A stretch of DNA of 38,806 nt from Aquabacterium sp. GTDB lineage: Bacteria; Pseudomonadota; Gammaproteobacteria; Burkholderiales; Burkholderiaceae_C. The notes beneath the pieces are model-generated. The model made no database searches. It had not been told where the DNA came from and was given only the letters and a program-made list of their open reading frames with translations. A program made the position numbers and the translations under genes. Positions 19,821 through 30,350 of this stretch are shown here, one piece after another (position 1 is the first letter of the stretch; the number at the start of each line of letters is the position of its first letter). Location of the stretch: NCBI RefSeq assembly GCF_004297345.1, contig NZ_SCTN01000387.1:1-38806 (forward strand), in the 5' to 3' direction.

Positions 19821-20480
19821 ATGCCAAATAAGCTTCCCCGCCCGACCCCGCCCGCCTTGATCAGCCGTCGCCAGGCCGGCGTTGCCGGGGGCCGCGCGCT
19901 GCTCCTGCTGGCCGGCTTGAGCGCCACAGCGGGCGGCGTCTGGTTCGGGCTCAAGCGCCATGGCGCTGCCGTCACGACGGACCAGGCTAGCGCCGCCCCG
20001 GCATCCGCACCCGACACGACAGCCCCCAGCGCCAGTGCCCCGCTGATCCAGACCGACCAGCTCACCGCCGCGTTCTGGCAACAGCAGTTCGACACGCCCA
20101 AGGGCGGGCAACTGAGCCTGGCCAAGGCCCAAGGCAAGCCCACGCTCATCAATTTCTGGGCGACCTGGTGCCCGCCCTGCGTCAAGGAAATGCCCGAGCT
20201 GGACCATTTCCACCGTGAATTCACCCCCAAAGGCTGGGCGGTGATCGGCCTGGCGATCGACGGCCCGACGCCCGTGAAGGAATTTCTGACCAAAGTCGCG
20301 GTAGGATTCGACCTCGGGCTGGCCGGATTCGGCGGCACCGAACTCGCCCAGGCACTGGGCAACGAATCGGGCGGGTTGCCGTTTTCGGTGATGATCGACG
20401 CCAAAGGCAAAGTGCGGCACCGCAAGATGGGCGCGACGCACTTTGAGGAGCTGGCCACCTGGGCGCGCCAGATTGGCTGA
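19821..20480 (+). CDS. TlpA-family thiol:disulfide oxidoreductase
   Basis: INFWATWCPPCVKEMPEL and an N-terminal membrane anchor. Confidence 0.93.
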   Translation: MPNKLPRPTPPALISRRQAGVAGGRALLLLAGLSATAGGVWFGLKRHGAAVTTDQASAAPASAPDTTAPSASAPLIQTDQLTAAFWQQQFDTPKGGQLSLAKAQGKPTLINFWATWCPPCVKEMPELDHFHREFTPKGWAVIGLAIDGPTPVKEFLTKVAVGFDLGLAGFGGTELAQALGNESGGLPFSVMIDAKGKVRHRKMGATHFEELATWARQIG

Positions 20481-20538
20481 GCCTGAGGCTGGCATCTGGG
20501 GCGAACTTGAGCCAGGCCAAGCAAACCGGACAGATTTC

Positions 20539-20591
20539 AATGAAATAGCGGATTTGCATCCATTTGCGTCTAAAATCCGCCTACTTTCATT
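20539..20591. promoter_or_regulatory. Inverted repeat overlapping a -10-like TAAAAT upstream of aroQ-accBC
   Basis: AATGAAATAGCGGATTT-N17-AAATCCGCCTACTTTCATT, with TAAAAT at 20571-20576. Confidence 0.5.
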
Positions 20592-20651
20592 TTCTTGGTC
20601 CAGCTTGCACGCGCGATGTCACGATCGCACAGGCCGGCGAACCAAAGACGC

Positions 20652-21113
20652 ATGCAGATTCTCGTCCTCCATGGCCCCAATCTGAACCTGCTCGGCACCC
20701 GCGAGCCAGAGGTCTACGGCGCCACCACCCTGGAGCAGATCAACACCGGTCTGGTCGACTACGCCGCCTTGCGCGGCGCCAGCCTGTCGGCCTTTCAGAG
20801 CAACCATGAAGGGGCGCTGATCGACCGCGTGCATGCCGCACGCACCGATGGCACCCGCTTCATCGTCATCAACCCCGGGGCCTACACCCACACCAGTGTG
20901 GCCCTGCGAGATGCACTGGCCGGCGTCGCCGTGCCATTCATTGAAGTGCATCTGTCCAACGTCCACAAGCGGGAGCCCTTCCGCCACCACAGCTATTTCT
21001 CCGACATCGCCGAAGGCGTGATCGTGGGGCTGGGGGCAGCGGGCTACCGACTGGCACTGGAAGCCGCCCTCGACAAGTTGGGCGCCCCGCCAGCAGCCAC
21101 CTCTCGCGGCTGA
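20652..21113 (+). CDS. aroQ: Type II 3-dehydroquinate dehydratase
   Basis: [55 protein letters not shown]. Confidence 0.98.
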   Translation: MQILVLHGPNLNLLGTREPEVYGATTLEQINTGLVDYAALRGASLSAFQSNHEGALIDRVHAARTDGTRFIVINPGAYTHTSVALRDALAGVAVPFIEVHLSNVHKREPFRHHSYFSDIAEGVIVGLGAAGYRLALEAALDKLGAPPAATSRG

Positions 21114-21195
21114 ACTGGCCAACATCCCGGCCCGTCATCATCCGCACCACTTCTGAGCGTCACCCGCTCTCAACGCATTCCTGGAGAACCACAAC

Positions 21196-21660
21196 ATGGA
21201 CCTGCGCAAACTCAAGACCCTGATCGACCTCGTGTCCGAGTCCAACGTTTCCGAACTCGAAATCACGGAAGCTGACGGCAAAGTCCGCATCGTCAAGGCT
21301 GGCGCCGCCCCCGTGGTCATGGCCGGCCCCATGGTTCAGCAAATGGCACCTGTTGCCGCCGCCATGCCGGCCGCAACTGCCGCCCCCACGGCGCCTGCCG
21401 CTGAAGCTGCTCCTGCGGAAGAAACCGGCCATGTGGTGAAGTCGCCCATGGTGGGCACCTTCTACCGCGCGTCCAGCCCGGGTGCCAAGGCCTTCGCCGA
21501 AGTGGGCGATGTGGTCAAGGCCGGCCAGCCCGTCTGCATCATCGAAGCCATGAAGATCATGAACGAGATCGAGGCAGACCAGGACGGCACCATCACCAAG
21601 ATCCTGGTCGAAAACGGCCAGCCAGTTGAATACGGCCAGCCTCTGTTCATCGTTGAATAA
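21196..21660 (+). CDS. accB: Acetyl-CoA carboxylase biotin carboxyl carrier protein
   Basis: [28 protein letters not shown] biotinylation motif. Confidence 0.99.
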   Translation: MDLRKLKTLIDLVSESNVSELEITEADGKVRIVKAGAAPVVMAGPMVQQMAPVAAAMPAATAAPTAPAAEAAPAEETGHVVKSPMVGTFYRASSPGAKAFAEVGDVVKAGQPVCIIEAMKIMNEIEADQDGTITKILVENGQPVEYGQPLFIVE

Positions 21661-21675
21661 GGCGGAGGCTTCGCC

Positions 21676-23025
21676 ATGTTCAAGAAAATCCTGATCGCCA
21701 ACCGAGGCGAAATCGCCCTGCGCATTCAGCGCGCGTGCCGTGAGATGGGCATCCAGTCGGTGGTGGTTTATTCCGAAGCCGACCGCGACGCCAAGTACGT
21801 CAAGCTGGCCGACGAGGCCGTGTGCATTGGCCCCGCCCCTTCGGCACAAAGCTACCTGCACATGCCGGCCATCATCTCGGCCGCTGAAGTGACCGATGCC
21901 GAGGCCATCCACCCCGGCTACGGCTTCCTGTCCGAGAACGCCGACTTCGCCGAGCGCGTGGAGCAATCGGGCTTCACCTTCATCGGCCCGACGCCCGAAT
22001 CCATCCGCATCATGGGCGACAAGGTCTCGGCCAAGCAGGCCATGATCAAGTCTGGCGTGCCTTGCGTGCCCGGCTCTGAAGGCGCCCTGCCTGACGATCC
22101 CAAGGAAATCATCAAGATCGCCCGCAGCGTGGGCTACCCGGTCATCATCAAGGCCGCAGGCGGCGGCGGTGGCCGTGGCATGCGCGTGGTGCACACCGAA
22201 GCGGCGCTGATCCATGCCGTGCAGACCACGAAGGCCGAAGCAGGTGCTGCTTTCGGTAATCCCGAGGTCTACATGGAGAAGTTCCTGGAGCATCCTCGTC
22301 ACATCGAGATCCAGATCCTGGCCGACCAGCACAAGAACGCCGTCTGGCTGGGCGAGCGCGATTGCTCCATGCAGCGCCGCCACCAGAAAATCATCGAAGA
22401 AGCGCCGGCACCGGGCATCCCCCGCCGCGCCATCGAGAAGGTGGGCGAGCGTTGCGCAGCAGCCTGCAAGAAGATCGGCTACCGTGGCGCGGGTACCTTC
22501 GAGTTCCTGTACGAGAACGGCGAGTTCTACTTCATCGAGATGAACACCCGCGTGCAGGTGGAGCACCCGGTCACCGAGATGACCAGCGGCATCGACATCG
22601 TGCAGATGCAGATCCGTGTGGCGGCCAACGAAAAGCTGCCCTTCACGCAACGCCAGATCGAGTTGCGCGGCCATGCCATCGAGTGCCGCATCAACGCGGA
22701 AGACCCGGTCAAGTTCATCCCTTCGCCCGGCCGCATCACCACCTGGCACGCCCCCGGCGGCCCCGGTGTGCGCGTGGACTCGCACATCTACACGAACTAC
22801 TTCGTGCCCCCGAACTACGACTCCATGATCGGCAAGATCATCGTGCACGGCGACACCCGCGAGCAGGCCCTGGCCCGCATGCGCACAGCCCTGTCGGAGA
22901 CAGTCGTTGAAGGCATCCACACCAACATCCCGCTGCACCGCGAGCTGATGGTGGACGCCAAGTTCGTTGAAGGCGGCACCGACATCCATTACCTTGAGAG
23001 CTGGATGGCCGCGCGCAAGCGCTGA
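21676..23025 (+). CDS. accC: Acetyl-CoA carboxylase biotin carboxylase
   Basis: [43 protein letters not shown]. Confidence 0.99.
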   Translation: MFKKILIANRGEIALRIQRACREMGIQSVVVYSEADRDAKYVKLADEAVCIGPAPSAQSYLHMPAIISAAEVTDAEAIHPGYGFLSENADFAERVEQSGFTFIGPTPESIRIMGDKVSAKQAMIKSGVPCVPGSEGALPDDPKEIIKIARSVGYPVIIKAAGGGGGRGMRVVHTEAALIHAVQTTKAEAGAAFGNPEVYMEKFLEHPRHIEIQILADQHKNAVWLGERDCSMQRRHQKIIEEAPAPGIPRRAIEKVGERCAAACKKIGYRGAGTFEFLYENGEFYFIEMNTRVQVEHPVTEMTSGIDIVQMQIRVAANEKLPFTQRQIELRGHAIECRINAEDPVKFIPSPGRITTWHAPGGPGVRVDSHIYTNYFVPPNYDSMIGKIIVHGDTREQALARMRTALSETVVEGIHTNIPLHRELMVDAKFVEGGTDIHYLESWMAARKR

Positions 23026-23044
23026 GCCCGACCAGGCCACTGAC

Positions 23045-23983
23045 ATGCCCTTGTTTGAACTCACCCTGCTGGCCAAAGAGGCCGAAGTCGAAAACCTGAG
23101 CGACGCGCTCATGGAGATCGACGCCTTGTCCGTATCGGTTGAAGACGCCGATGCCGACACGGAACACGAAGAAGCCCTGTGGGGTGAGCCCGGCATGCCG
23201 GTGGCCCGCGAAGCCTGGCAACGCTCGACCATCAAGAGCCTGTTCCCCAGCGAAGCCGAAGCCCTGGAGGCCGCCACCCTGATCCTCGCGCAGGACTGGG
23301 CCGACGACATCCATGTGCAAGGCATTCAGCCGGTTGACGAGCAAGACTGGGTGCGCCTGACGCAATCCCAGTTCCAGCCCGTGCCCATCACCGACAGCTT
23401 CTACATCGTGCCAACCTGGCATGAGGTGCCTGCGGCAGCCAAGACCGTGATGCGCCTGGACCCCGGCCTGGCCTTCGGTACCGGCACCCACCCCACCACC
23501 CGCATGTGCCTGAAGTGGATCGCTCAAAACGCGTCTGCCTACGCGGCTCAGCGCGTGCTGGACTACGGCTGCGGCTCGGGCATCCTGGCCATTGGCGCCG
23601 CGCTGCATGGATCGGGCATCGTGGACGCGGTTGACATCGACCCGGCTGCGGTCGAATCCACCAACGCCAACGCCGAAGCCAATCTGGCGCATCTGAAAGC
23701 GGCCGACGGCAAGCTGCCCATCAACGCGGGCCTGCCCGATCTGGTAGGCGAAGCCAAGGCGAGCTACCCCGTCGTGCTGGCCAACATCCTGGCCACGCCC
23801 CTGAAGATGCTGGCCCCGCTGCTGGCCGGCCATGTCGCCCCTGGCGGCCACCTCGTGCTCGCTGGCATCCTGGCCCGCCAGGAGCAGGAATTGAAGGACG
23901 CCTACGCCGAAGTGGGCCTTCAGTTGCAGGTCGCCAACGAAGAAGAGGGCTGGATTCTGATGACGGCGCAGAAAGCCGCCTGA
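23045..23983 (+). CDS. prmA: Ribosomal protein L11 methyltransferase
   Basis: LDPGLAFGTGTHPTT, VLDYGCGSGILAI, ANILATPL; follows accC. Confidence 0.97.
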   Translation: MPLFELTLLAKEAEVENLSDALMEIDALSVSVEDADADTEHEEALWGEPGMPVAREAWQRSTIKSLFPSEAEALEAATLILAQDWADDIHVQGIQPVDEQDWVRLTQSQFQPVPITDSFYIVPTWHEVPAAAKTVMRLDPGLAFGTGTHPTTRMCLKWIAQNASAYAAQRVLDYGCGSGILAIGAALHGSGIVDAVDIDPAAVESTNANAEANLAHLKAADGKLPINAGLPDLVGEAKASYPVVLANILATPLKMLAPLLAGHVAPGGHLVLAGILARQEQELKDAYAEVGLQLQVANEEEGWILMTAQKAA

Positions 23984-24016
23984 TTCGTGACAAATCAATG
24001 GCATAAATAGGGCCCT

Positions 24017-25744
24017 ATGAGCCTGGCCACCCGATGCACCCACTGCGGCACGATCTTCAAGGTCGTCCAAGACCAATTGAAGGTCTCGGAAGGCTGGGTG
24101 CGTTGCGGCCGTTGCAACGAGGTGTTCAACGCGCTGCCGGCGCTGTTTGACCTCGACAAGGACCCGCCTCCGCCACGGCCTGCGCACACAGCGGCCATCC
24201 CAGGGCCCTCACCAGCTGACGCACCTGCGGCTGTACAGCCGCCTCAACAGCCCGAGCCTCGGGTGGACTGGGCACCGCCCGAACCCACACCTGACACGGG
24301 CCACTATGCCGACGAGTCTGCAGGGCTGGCAAAACAAAGCGTACTGTCGGACGACGAGCTGAACCTGGGTATCGACTCTCAGCCTCCCGGCGCATGGGCG
24401 CGCACCCAACCGGCTGATTTCGCCTCTTCCGCACTGCCAGCGGAGCCGCAAACTCAAGCACCCAAGCACACGCTGGACGAAGACGACCTCGCGCTCGATC
24501 CCACGCCCATTGAAGGCACCACCGACTTCGAGCTCGACACTTCCATCGCCGTGGACGACAACACGCCGCTGGAAGTGGTGCTGGCCGCCACGTCCGGTGG
24601 CCGCATCCCGATGCCGGCGACGCCACAGCGGCATCAGCAAGAACCCGTCTACGCCGAACCGCCTGAGCCAGTCGAGCCAGCCCATCAGCCCTGGATGGAC
24701 GAGCCCCCCGACGACGTGCCAAGCACCGACGAGGCCGACGCGCTCGACTCCCGCTACCTGATGCCCAACGAGCGCGAGCGCCGTGCACCGCACCGTCGTG
24801 ACTCCGGTCCCGAGTTCGCTGATGCCCAGTTCCCAAGCGACGCCATGATCGACGCAGAGGAAGACTGGGCCTCGGATTTCGGTCCATCTGCACTGGACGC
24901 TGACGCAGCAACCCCAGAGCCTGCGCCAGCCCCCGTCAAGCGCCTCAATCAGGCCCCTGCACCTGTATCGACGGCTGCTTTGCGTGTCACTGAGTCGGCT
25001 CAAGCTGCGCCTTTGGCCATGCCCGCCGCCGCTTCGCCAGACGACATTCCCACCCTGCCTTCGCGCTTCGCATCGGACTTCGAACCCGAGCTGGCCATGC
25101 TGCCGCCCAGCGAGCGGCCAGGCAAACCCGGTACACGCGGCCGAGACAAAGCCGACCAGCCACCAGAGTTCCTCAAGCGTGCACAACGCAAGGCCTTCTG
25201 GCGTCACCCGGCCATGCGTGGCGTGCTCTCCTTGATGGCCTTGACGCTGGCGGCCACCCTGAGCCTGCAACTCGTGCACCAGTTCCGCGACCTGATCGCC
25301 GCCTGGCACCCGGCCAGCCGCCCGCTGCTCGCGCAATGGTGCGAGATGGCCGGCTGCAAGCTGGCCCCCCCCCTGCGCCTGGAAGCCCTGCAGGTCGATA
25401 ACCTCGAACTCGTGCGCACCAGCTCCGAAGGCCCCGACAGCTACCGCCTCACGGTGGTCGTACGCAACCAGGCCGGCATCGACCTGGCCTGGCCACATGT
25501 GGACCTGACTCTGACCGACGACAACGGCGCCGTGATCGCGCGCCGCGTGTTCTCCCCCAACGACGCGCAATGGCTCGATACAGCTGACCCCAAAGCCAAT
25601 GCAGCCGATGCCGCCAAGGCGGCCAGCATGGCAGCCAGCGTCCCCACAGCGGCCCCGAGCCAGCGCAGCACCACGCTGCAATGGCGCATCAAGGCCACTG
25701 ACCTTCACCCAGCCGGCTACACCGCCGAGCTGTTCTACCCCTGA
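24017..25744 (+). CDS. Zinc-ribbon and DUF3426 domain membrane protein
   Basis: CTHC...VRCGRC zinc ribbon, long acidic/Pro linker, one TM helix, C-terminus GYTAELFYP; conserved position after prmA. Confidence 0.88.
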   Translation: MSLATRCTHCGTIFKVVQDQLKVSEGWVRCGRCNEVFNALPALFDLDKDPPPPRPAHTAAIPGPSPADAPAAVQPPQQPEPRVDWAPPEPTPDTGHYADESAGLAKQSVLSDDELNLGIDSQPPGAWARTQPADFASSALPAEPQTQAPKHTLDEDDLALDPTPIEGTTDFELDTSIAVDDNTPLEVVLAATSGGRIPMPATPQRHQQEPVYAEPPEPVEPAHQPWMDEPPDDVPSTDEADALDSRYLMPNERERRAPHRRDSGPEFADAQFPSDAMIDAEEDWASDFGPSALDADAATPEPAPAPVKRLNQAPAPVSTAALRVTESAQAAPLAMPAAASPDDIPTLPSRFASDFEPELAMLPPSERPGKPGTRGRDKADQPPEFLKRAQRKAFWRHPAMRGVLSLMALTLAATLSLQLVHQFRDLIAAWHPASRPLLAQWCEMAGCKLAPPLRLEALQVDNLELVRTSSEGPDSYRLTVVVRNQAGIDLAWPHVDLTLTDDNGAVIARRVFSPNDAQWLDTADPKANAADAAKAASMAASVPTAAPSQRSTTLQWRIKATDLHPAGYTAELFYP

Positions 25745-25769
25745 TTGACATCACCTCCCGAGGATCACC

Positions 25770-26675
25770 ATGTCTGTTCTGATCTGCGGCTCTCTGGCCT
25801 TCGACACCATCACGACCTTCCCCGGCCGATTTGCCCAGCAGATCCTGCCCGAGCAGGTGCACATCCTCAACGTGTCCTTCCTGGTGCCCACGCTGCGCAA
25901 GGAATTCGGCGGCTGCGCCGGCAACATCGCCTACAGCTTGAAGCAACTGGGCGGCGAGCCCCTGGTCATGGCCACCCTGGGCAAGGATGGCGCGCTGTAC
26001 CGCAACCATCTGGAGCAGATGGGCGTGAGCCTGAAGTACGTCCACACCGTGGACAACGACTACACCGCCCAGGCCATCATCATCACGGATCAGGACAACA
26101 ACCAGATCACCGCCTTCCACCCCGGCGCCATGGGCCAGGCCCACATCCAGCGCATCGAGGCCAATGCCGGCATCAAGCTGGCCATCGTCGCCCCGGACGG
26201 CCGTGACGCCATGATCCAGCACGCCGAGCAACTCAAGGCGGCCAACATCCCTTTCATCTTCGATCCGGGACAGGGCCTGCCCATGTTCGACGGCGACGAC
26301 CTCAAGCGCTTCATCTCGCAAGCCACCTGGGTGGCCGTCAATGACTACGAAGCCAAGATGCTGGCCGACCGTACCGGCACCAGCCTGGCCGATCTGTCCA
26401 AATCGCACCTCAAGGGCCTGATCGAAACCCTGGGCGCCGACGGCTGCAACGTCTATGTGCAAGGCGAGAAGACCCACGTGCCCGGCGTCAAGGCCGCGGC
26501 CGTGATCGACCCCACCGGTTGTGGCGACGCCTTCCGTGGCGGCCTGCTGTACGGACTGGTCAATGGCTGGGATCTGGTCAAGTCGGTCACGCTGGCCAAC
26601 CAGATCGGCGCCATCAAGATCGCCGCTGCGGGCCCGCAGAACTACACGCTGGATCGCGCCACCCTGGGCGTGTAA
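25770..26675 (+). CDS. PfkB-family carbohydrate/nucleoside kinase (adenosine kinase-like)
   Basis: ICGSLAFD, FGGCAGNIAY, FDPGQ, DPTGCGDAFRGG. Confidence 0.94.
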   Translation: MSVLICGSLAFDTITTFPGRFAQQILPEQVHILNVSFLVPTLRKEFGGCAGNIAYSLKQLGGEPLVMATLGKDGALYRNHLEQMGVSLKYVHTVDNDYTAQAIIITDQDNNQITAFHPGAMGQAHIQRIEANAGIKLAIVAPDGRDAMIQHAEQLKAANIPFIFDPGQGLPMFDGDDLKRFISQATWVAVNDYEAKMLADRTGTSLADLSKSHLKGLIETLGADGCNVYVQGEKTHVPGVKAAAVIDPTGCGDAFRGGLLYGLVNGWDLVKSVTLANQIGAIKIAAAGPQNYTLDRATLGV

Positions 26676-26861
26676 GCACAGCCTGCGTCACACCCTGTCA
26701 CACAGCCGACCGACAGGGTGTCGGCGCCCGGCCCCGCTGCTGCGTTGGACATCCAACAAAAATACATCCAGCAGCGGAGCCCTCCATTGTCATCAACAGC
26801 CTCAACTGTCGCCCTGAACAGGCCGGCCTTCACGCCCCGCAGTGCCCTGCTCGCCTGCGCA

Positions 26862-27845
26862 ATGCTGCTGGCCGCACTGCATGCCACACCCTCGTTGGCA
26901 GGCTGGTTTGGCAGCCCTTCCGCGCAACCCAAGGATGGGCTCACCCTGGCCACCTGGAACATGGACTGGCTGATGACGCCGCGTACGCACGATGAACTGG
27001 CGCCGCGCTGCATGAGCAAACAGCCCGCCAGCAACGAACACGCGTTCCCCTGCACCCCAGGCAAACCGCAGCCACCCACTCGTACCCAGGCCGATTTCGA
27101 CGCCTTGGCGCACACCGCCAATCAGTTGCGCGATGAACAGCAAGCCGACGTCGTGGGCTTGCAGGAAGTCGATGGCCCGGATGCGGCGCGCATGGTGTTC
27201 AACAAGGGCTGGAAGCTCGACTGTTTCGTGAACCGTGCGCACCCACAGAAGGTGGGCTTCGCCATCCGCGAAGGCCTGCCCTACCACTGCAATGGCGATC
27301 TGAGTGCGCTGGATGTCGATGGCAGCACCCGTGCCGGCGCCGACATCACGCTCTATCCGGGCTCGCGCAACGAAGTTCGCCTGCTGGCGGTGCACCTCAA
27401 AAGCGGCTGCTTCGACGGCCGCCTGGACCGGCACTTCTCGCCTTGCGAACGCCTGCGCCAGCAAGCGCCCGTGGTGGAGGCGTGGATCGACCAGCGCGTG
27501 CGCGAGGGCAAGCCCTTTGCCGTGCTGGGCGACTTCAACCGCCACCTGGACAAGGACGAACGCTACCCCGCAGGCCCGGATGAAGCCGCACCCATCAACC
27601 TGATGCAGGCCTGGAGCGACAACAACCCACCCGGCGCCGTCCTGCTGCGCGCCACCCAGGGCGAAGCCTATGTACCCTGCGATGCCGACGACCACCACAA
27701 GGCCTATATCGACGACATCCTCATCGACCAGAAACTGGCCAGCGCCAATAAAAACAGGCGCTTTGCGCGCCTGTCGTTCAACCCACAGGACCATGGCCGG
27801 GAACTATCCGACCATTGCCCAGTGGTGTGGGGCCTCACGCCCTGA
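26862..27845 (+). CDS. Endonuclease/exonuclease/phosphatase (EEP) family protein, probably exported
   Basis: [41 protein letters not shown]. Start uncertain (26718-26862). Confidence 0.88.
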   Translation: MLLAALHATPSLAGWFGSPSAQPKDGLTLATWNMDWLMTPRTHDELAPRCMSKQPASNEHAFPCTPGKPQPPTRTQADFDALAHTANQLRDEQQADVVGLQEVDGPDAARMVFNKGWKLDCFVNRAHPQKVGFAIREGLPYHCNGDLSALDVDGSTRAGADITLYPGSRNEVRLLAVHLKSGCFDGRLDRHFSPCERLRQQAPVVEAWIDQRVREGKPFAVLGDFNRHLDKDERYPAGPDEAAPINLMQAWSDNNPPGAVLLRATQGEAYVPCDADDHHKAYIDDILIDQKLASANKNRRFARLSFNPQDHGRELSDHCPVVWGLTP

Positions 27846-28589
27846 TCAGGCCTTGCCCTGCGTGGCCACAGCCGCAGCCGCCTTGGCAGCAGCTTCGGCA
27901 TCACCCAGGTAGTAGTGCTTGATGGGCTTGAGATTCTCGTCGAGCTCGTACACCAGCGGGATGCCGTTGGGGATGTTCAGGCCCACGATGTCGGCATCAC
28001 CGATGTTGTCCAGGTACTTGACCAGGGCGCGGATCGAGTTGCCGTGGGCGGCGATCACCACGCGCTTGCCGGACTTGATGGCCGGGGCGATCTCTTCGTT
28101 CCAGTAAGGCAGCACGCGGGCCACTGTGTCCTTGAGGCACTCGGTCAGCGGGATCTGGTCGGCAGGCAGGCCGGCGTAGCGCAGGTCCTGGCGTTGGCCC
28201 ATGGGGTCGTTGGCGGCCAGTTCAGGTGGCGGCGTGTCATAGCTGCGGCGCCACACCAGCACCTGCTCGTCGCCGTGCTTCTGGGCGGTCTCAGCCTTGT
28301 TCAAGCCTTGCAGGCCACCGTAGTGGCGCTCGTTGAGACGCCAGCTCTTGACCACGGGCAACCAGATGCGGTCCATCGCATCGAGGCAGTAGTTCAGCGT
28401 GTGGATGGCGCGCTTGAGCACCGAGGTATAGGCCACGTCGAACTCGTAGCCTTCAGCCTTGAGCAACTGGCCAGCCGAGATGGCTTGCGACACGCCGGTG
28501 GGCGTCAGGTCAACGTCAACCCAGCCGGTGAAGCGGTTTTCCAGGTTCCAGGTCGATTCGCCGTGGCGAATCAGCACGAGCTTGTACAT
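27846..28589 (-). CDS. gpmA: 2,3-bisphosphoglycerate-dependent phosphoglycerate mutase
   Basis: [34 protein letters not shown]. Confidence 0.99.
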   Translation of the reverse strand: MYKLVLIRHGESTWNLENRFTGWVDVDLTPTGVSQAISAGQLLKAEGYEFDVAYTSVLKRAIHTLNYCLDAMDRIWLPVVKSWRLNERHYGGLQGLNKAETAQKHGDEQVLVWRRSYDTPPPELAANDPMGQRQDLRYAGLPADQIPLTECLKDTVARVLPYWNEEIAPAIKSGKRVVIAAHGNSIRALVKYLDNIGDADIVGLNIPNGIPLVYELDENLKPIKHYYLGDAEAAAKAAAAVATQGKA

Positions 28590-28653
28590 GTGATCGATCC
28601 CAATCTGGTGAGAATGTGATGTCGGCCTGCGCGACCGACTGAACCCGGGATTT

Positions 28654-28659
28654 TATAAT
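28654..28659 (+). promoter_or_regulatory. Consensus sigma70 -10 element upstream of rhodanese-grxC
   Basis: TATAAT in an otherwise GC-rich divergent intergenic region; no clear -35 box. Confidence 0.45.
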
Positions 28660-28742
28660 CCCTGTCTGCCCCGGCCCACCCTGGTTCGAGGGACGCCTCC
28701 CGCCCCCAGCAGGACAACCTGCACACAAAGAGAGTTTTTTGC

Positions 28743-29159
28743 ATGACTTCCACGAGCTACATCGCCAACAACTGGTACTGGATGGTTGCAGCGGGGGCAT
28801 CCGGCGCGCTGCTGCTGTGGCAACAGATCAAGGAAGGCGGCACCACCGGTGGCCTGAGCCCGGCCCTGGCCGTGCAGTTGATCAACAAGGAGCGCGCGCA
28901 GGTCATTGATGTGTGCGAACCGGCCGAATTTGCCGCAGCCCACGTGGCCGGCGCCAAGAACATCCCGCTGGGCGAAATCGCCAACGGCAAGGGACTGCCC
29001 GGCAACAAGAAGTTGCCCCTGGTCGTCGTGTGTGCGGCCGGCGTGCGCTCAGCCAAAGCTGTGACCCAACTCAAGGCCATGGGCTATGAAAACGCCCAAT
29101 CGCTGGGTGGTGGCCTGAAGGCCTGGCGCGAAGCCAACCTGCCGATCGACAAAGCCTGA
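28743..29159 (+). CDS. Rhodanese-like domain protein (YibN-like)
   Basis: N-terminal TM helix, VIDVCEPAEF, HVAGAKNIP, VVVCAAGVRS, LGGGLKAW; synteny with grxC and secB. Confidence 0.93.
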   Translation: MTSTSYIANNWYWMVAAGASGALLLWQQIKEGGTTGGLSPALAVQLINKERAQVIDVCEPAEFAAAHVAGAKNIPLGEIANGKGLPGNKKLPLVVVCAAGVRSAKAVTQLKAMGYENAQSLGGGLKAWREANLPIDKA

Positions 29160-29294
29160 ACCGAGACACGCGGGCGGGGCACTGGCGTGTGACTTGTCAC
29201 CGCTAGTCCCCATGAATCAGGCGGGCATATCGAAACGGCGACAATATGCACATCGTCACTCATACCCCCAGCGGTTCCCTGCTGTCGTTCGATC

Positions 29295-29555
29295 ATGCAA
29301 GCAGTCAAGATGTACACCACCCAGGTCTGCCCCTACTGCATCCGGGCCAAGAGCCTGCTCAAGCAGCGCGGCGTCGAGCAAATCGAAGAAATCCGGATTG
29401 ACCTGGATCCTGGGCAGCGTGAGCACATGATGACCATCACGGGTCGACGAACCGTGCCGCAGATCTTCATCGGCGACACCCACGTGGGCGGCTGCGACGA
29501 CCTGATGGACCTGGACAAGCGCGGGGGGCTGCTGCCCTTGCTAAGCGGCGCGTGA
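29295..29555 (+). CDS. grxC: Glutaredoxin 3
   Basis: CPYC active site, RRTVPQIFIG, GGCDDL. Confidence 0.98.
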   Translation: MQAVKMYTTQVCPYCIRAKSLLKQRGVEQIEEIRIDLDPGQREHMMTITGRRTVPQIFIGDTHVGGCDDLMDLDKRGGLLPLLSGA

Positions 29556-30350
29556 CCAGGCCCGTGCGGCATCAGCACTGTCTGACGCCACTGAGGGTGA
29601 GGGCCTTTCAGCAAGGCGAATGACCGCCATCATGGTGTTGATGAGACGGGCGTACTGCGTCATGGCGAACAACAGACCCACGCCCGTCATCAGGTAGATG
29701 AACAACAAGACACCTTGCTGATGCAGCACGTCTTGCCGCGGCAGTACCAGGGTCAGCACCAGCGCCAGCATGGAGAAGACGCCCAGCAGGGCCCGCCCCA
29801 TCCGATGAAACGTGAGGCGCTCGTTCAGGCAATCCAGTCTGGCGCCTTGCGCGGACTTGAGACTCAGAATGAGGATCAGCGCAAACAACTTGATGTACTC
29901 GCCTCTGATGCGCGTCCATCCGTGCACCAGCAGCCCGACCCAATTGACAGCACCCATGCGTTGAACAGCTTCACGGCCATCGGTATCACCTTCGGCTTGA
30001 AATGCGTCTGCGAGTATGGGCCCCTGGGATGATCTCAAGCAACGAATGAGGTACATCGCTTCATATAGCGTGGACATCAAGGTACTGATCATGTCGATGA
30101 TGATGCCTGTTGCCAGCACGCCCATGGCACCCATGGCAGACAGCAATTGGCCCATGCCGGCATACGCCTGCGCCTTATCAGCTATCAACAAGCGCGCGTC
30201 AAACTGCATCTTCCAGTGAATCAGCAAGGGCGTTGTGCCAAACTGATCGGATGGCACATGGATATCGACCACGAACGCCAACGCGAGCAATGAAAACCAA
30301 AATAGCGCCCCGATGACCACGTAGTCCGCAAAGCGATCCCAGACTTTCAT
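29541..30350 (-). CDS. Hypothetical multi-pass membrane protein (269 aa)
   Basis: About 4-5 hydrophobic segments. Its ATG shares a base with the upstream TGA (TGATG coupling). No family recognised. Confidence 0.7.
   Translation of the reverse strand: MKVWDRFADYVVIGALFWFSLLALAFVVDIHVPSDQFGTTPLLIHWKMQFDARLLIADKAQAYAGMGQLLSAMGAMGVLATGIIIDMISTLMSTLYEAMYLIRCLRSSQGPILADAFQAEGDTDGREAVQRMGAVNWVGLLVHGWTRIRGEYIKLFALILILSLKSAQGARLDCLNERLTFHRMGRALLGVFSMLALVLTLVLPRQDVLHQQGVLLFIYLMTGVGLLFAMTQYARLINTMMAVIRLAERPSPSVASDSADAARAWSRAA

Noticed and set aside
24150-25170. Long Pro/Asp/Glu/Ala-rich low-complexity stretch in the DUF3426 gene
   Set aside because: A variable disordered linker is normal for this family; no tandem DNA repeat was seen.
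21160-25708. Long antisense ORFs (721, 449 and 499 aa; likewise 10014-11414, 15484-17442 and 4265-5476)
   Set aside because: Shadow frames opposite well-supported genes, expected from high-GC codon bias.
29176-29210. Imperfect hairpin between rhodanese and grxC
   Set aside because: A single hairpin with no T tail and no second copy in the window; not enough to call a terminator or REP.
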